A stretch of 64,000 nucleotides of DNA, from the NCBI RefSeq assembly GCF_963921235.1, contig NC_086108.1, positions 74,278,001 through 74,342,000 of the forward strand, written 5' to 3'. This DNA is from Mobula hypostoma. Lineage: Eukaryota. Below the pieces are notes generated by a model. That model was not told the DNA's origin and did not search any database. It worked only from the letters and a program-made list of their open reading frames with translations. Each line of letters starts with the position of its first letter. Positions within the stretch are counted from its first letter, which is position 1. Both the position numbers and the translations under genes were made by a program. Positions 60,537 through 64,000 of the stretch are shown piece after piece.

Positions 60537-61880
60537 GTCTCTCCCTCTCTCTCTCTCCCTCTCTCTCTCTCCCTCTCTCTCTCTCCCTCTCTCTCTCTCC
60601 CTCTCTCTCTCTCCCCTCTCTCTCTCCCCTCTCTCTCTCCCCTCTCTCTCTCCCCTCTCTCTCTCCCCTCTCTCTCTCCCCTCTCTCTCTCCCCTCTCTC
60701 TCTCCCTCTCTCTCTCCCCTCTCTCTCTCCCCTCTCTCTCTCCCCTCTCTCTCTCCCCTCTCTCTCTCCCCTCTCTCTCCTCTCTCTCTCCCCTCTCTCT
60801 CTCCCCTCTCTCTCTCCCCTCTCTCTCTCCCCTCTCTCTCTCCCCTCTCTCTCTCCCCTCTCTCTCTCCCCTCTCTCTCTCCCCTCTCTCTCTCCCTCTC
60901 TCTCTCCCCTCTCTCTCTCCCCTCTCTCTCTCCCCTCTCTCTCTCTCCCTCTCTCTCTCCCCTCTCTCTCTCCCCCTCTCTCTCTCCCCTCTCTCTCTCT
61001 CTCCCCCTCTCTCTCCCCCCCTCTCTCTCTCTCCCCCTCTCTCTCTCTCCCCCTCTGTCTCTCTCCCTCTCTGTCTCTCTCCCTCTCTGTCTCTCCCTCT
61101 CTGTCTCTCTCCCTCTCTGTCTCTCCCCCTCTCTCTCTCCCCTCTCTCTCTCTCCCCTCTCTCTCTCTCTCCCTCTCTCTCTCTCTCCCCTCTCTCTCTC
61201 TCTCCCCTCTCTCTCTCTCTCCCCTCTCTCTCTCTCTCCCCTCTCTCTCTCTCTCCCCTCTCTCTCTCTCTCCCTCTCTCTCTCTCTCCCCTCTCTCTCT
61301 CTCTCCCCTCTCTCTCTCTCTCCCCTCTCTCTCTCTCTCCCTCTCTCTCTCTCTCTCCCCTCTCTCTCCCTCCTCTCGCCTCCCCTCCTCTCTCCTCCCT
61401 CTCCTCCCTCTCCTCTCTCCTCTCTCTCCTCTCTCCTCTCTCTCCTCTCTCTCTCTTCTCTTGCCCCTCCTCCCTAATAAGGGAAAAAGAGGCGTCCCCA
61501 TTTCACAGCGAGAGGGGAGGCATAAAAAACAACTCACTTATTTATGATGTTAGAAGACTGTTGCGTCTCTTTTTTGATCTCTGTGCCCAAAGAACTCGTG
61601 TTTCTGGGCACACAGCCAGCAGCCAGCTTGCTGCTTTCGATCTTCCGTCTCCCACGACACACCAATTTTCTGCAGAGGCACCGACCTTGAGTCCGCCCGC
61701 CTCCAGAGCCACGAAATCCCGGAACCCTGAAGGAGCGCTAGTCTTCGAGGCCGCATCCTTAGTATATCAAATAGCGGCCATTCATGAGACCCCAAGAGCA
61801 AGTCCCATTCCCGCAAAGAACTGAAGTCAGCGTGTAACTCCAGTTCAGTGTCTTCAAAAGAACCTTAAAAGGGGAAAAAG
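60150..61880 (-). mobile_element. Non-coding retroposon, longest copy (copy 3), with an expanded internal GA/CT tract
   Basis: First 310 bp match copies 1 and 2; continues past the microsatellite into a CpG-containing segment; CR1 remnant on both sides. Confidence 0.7.
60469..61472. repeat. About 1-kb polypyrimidine/polypurine microsatellite: (CTGT)n, (CT)n, CCCC(TC)n units
   Basis: Directly visible; almost only C/T on the + strand. Confidence 0.97.
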
Positions 61881-61949
61881 CAATCCACTGGATTCTCTCA
61901 GCCTGTGACTAGTCGAGTTGATAAATAAGAAATCAATGTGTGTCGTATA

Positions 61950-64000
61950 CAGTGCCTATGAAAAGTATTCACCCCCACCCCCTTGGAAGTTTTCAAGTTT
62001 TGTTGTTTAAAACATTCCATCACAGTGGATTAAATTTGGCTTTTTGTTACACTGATCAACAGAAAAAAATCTCTTGTGTCAAAGTGAAAGCAGGTCTTTA
62101 CGAAGTGATCTAAATTAATTACAGATATAAAACAAAGTAATTGGTTGCATCAGCATTCACCCCCTTCAAGTCAGTATTTAGTAGATGCACCTTTGACAGC
62201 AATTACAGCCTTGAGTCTGTGTGGATTGGTCTCTATCAGCTTTGCACATCTGGACACTGCAATTTATCCCCATTCGTCTTTAAAAACCTGCTCAAGCCCT
62301 GTCAGATTGCATGGGGACAGTGAGTGAACAGCCCTTTTCAAGTGCAGCCACAAATTCTCAATTGGATTGAGGTCTGGACTGTGACTTGGCCACACCAGGA
62401 CATTATCTTTGTTTTTTTAAGCCATTCCTCTGTGGCTTTGCCTTTATGCTTAGGGTCATTGTCTTATTGCAAAACAGATCTTCTCCCAAGGCACAGTTCT
62501 CTTGCAGACTGCATCAGATTTTCCTCCAGTATTTCCCTGTCTTTTGCTGCATTCATTTTGCCCTCTACCTTCACAAGCCTTCCAGGGCCTGCTGCAGTGA
62601 GGCATCCCTGCAGCATGATGCAGCCATCACAATGCTTCACAGTATGGATGGTGTGTTTTTGATGATGTGCAGTATTTGGCTTATGCCAAACATAGCATTT
62701 CGTCCAATGGCTAAAACTCAATTTTGGTTTCATCAGAATCAGGTTTATTAACATTGGCACGTGTCGTAAAATTTGTTAATTTAGCAGCAGCAGTTTGATG
62801 CAATACATAATATAGAAGAAACAAAATAAAATAATAATGAATAAGTAAATCAATTACGGTATATGTATATTGAATAGATTAAAAATCATGCAAAAAACAA
62901 ATAATATATATTAAAAAAGTGAGGTAGTGTCCAAAGGTTCAATGTCCATTTAGGAATCGGATGGCAGAGGGGAAGAAGCTGTTCCTGAATCATTGAGTGT
63001 GTGCCTTCAGACTTCTGTACCTTCTACCTGATGGTAACAGTGAGAAAAGGGCATCCCCTGGGTGCTGGGGGTCCTTAATAATGGACGCTGCATTTCTGCG
63101 ACACCACTCCTTGAAGATGTCCTGGATACTTTGTAGGCTAGCACCTAAGATGGAGCCGACTAAATTTACAACCCTCTGCAGCTTCTTTCAGTCTTGTGCA
63201 GTAGTTCCCCCCCCCCCCCCCGCCAATACCACACAGTGATGCAGCCTGTCAGAATGCTCTCCATGGTACATCTATAGAAGTTTTTGAGTGTGTTTGTTGA
63301 CATACCAAATCTCTTCAAAATCCTAATGAAGTATGGCTGCTGTCTTGCCTTCTTTATAACTTCATCGTTATGTTGGGACCAGGTTAGATCCTCAGAGATC
63401 TTGACACCCAGGAACTTGAAGCTGCTCACTCTCTCCACTTCTGATCCCTCTAGGAGGATTGGTATGTGTTCCTTCATCTTGCCCTTCTGGAAGTCCACAA
63501 TCAGCTCTTTCGTCTTACTGATGTTGAGTACCAGGTTGTAGCTGTGACACCACTCCACTGGTTGGCATATCTTGCTCCTGTACACTCTCTCGTCACCACC
63601 TGAGATTCTACCAACAATGGTTGTATCTTCAGCAAATTTATAGATGGTATTTGAGCGATGCCTAGCCAGACAGTCATGGGTATATAGAGAGTAGAGCAGA
63701 CCACAGAACCTTATTTCAGCTGACTTATGACTTTCTCATGTGCATTCTGGCAAACTCCAGCCGAGATTTCGTGAGAGTTTTTTTTCAAAATGGCTTTCTC
63801 TTTGCCATTCTCCCATAAAGCTGTGACTGATGAAGCACCGGGGCAACAGTGTTGTCTTCTATCTCAGCCACTGAAGCTTGTATCTCTTCCAGCGTTGTCA
63901 TAAGTCACTTGGTGGCCTCCATCACTAGTCCTCTTCTTGCACGGTCACTCAGATTCTGAGGACGGATGCTCTAGGCAGATTTACAGCTGTGCCATATTCT
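61950..64000 (-). mobile_element. Tc1-family transposon (IR/DR type), decayed transposase, interrupted by a LINE; runs off the window
   Basis: TA|CAGTGCCTATGAAAAGTATTCACCCC end; inner direct repeat gcattcaccccctt at about 62153; TVKHCDGCIMLQGC..GPGRLVKVEGKMNAAK, DNDPKH on the minus strand. Confidence 0.88.
62733..63700 (-). mobile_element. Rex/Babar-type LINE 3' fragment nested in Tc1
   Basis: ORF 63166-63585 (LNISKTKELIVDF, FKFLGVKISEDLTW, NFYRCTMESILTGCITVWY); same subfamily as 1427-2640. Confidence 0.88.

Noticed and set aside
60120..61547. Long ORFs of 475 aa (+) and 417 aa (-)
   Set aside because: They are translations of the stop-free CT/GA microsatellite (SL/P and ER/G repeats), not genes.
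1..64000. CRISPR arrays, operons, rRNA genes
   Set aside because: Eukaryotic intron-exon locus; repeated sequences are dispersed TE copies, not regularly spaced repeats, and no rRNA-like sequence was seen.

Overview
Vertebrate genomic DNA whose repeat content (CR1/HER1-like LINEs, V-SINE/HE1-like and Deu-domain SINEs, a very abundant Penelope-like family) points to a cartilaginous fish, probably a ray (inference). The + strand carries the complete coding sequence of GPBP1L1 (vasculin-like protein 1): 10 coding exons, 7814-45006, all GT-AG, 1428 nt, 475 aa. It has a candidate 800-nt 5'UTR exon and a short uORF. About 2.4 kb downstream lie the first exons of CCDC17, the same neighbour as in human. 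Introns are saturated with nested transposable elements: CR1, Rex/Babar, L1, RTE, Penelope-like elements (PLE), tRNA SINEs, hAT, Tc1 and a possible solo LTR. The most interesting signal is a family of PLE-borne minimal hammerhead ribozymes. One copy with an intact core (48525-48560, sense to CCDC17 intron 1) sits in a 218-bp fold-back mini-element with its own target-site duplication. PLE insertions also repeatedly coincide with inversions and deletions of the host element. The second recognisable CCDC17 exon has an in-frame TAA unless a downstream acceptor is used.
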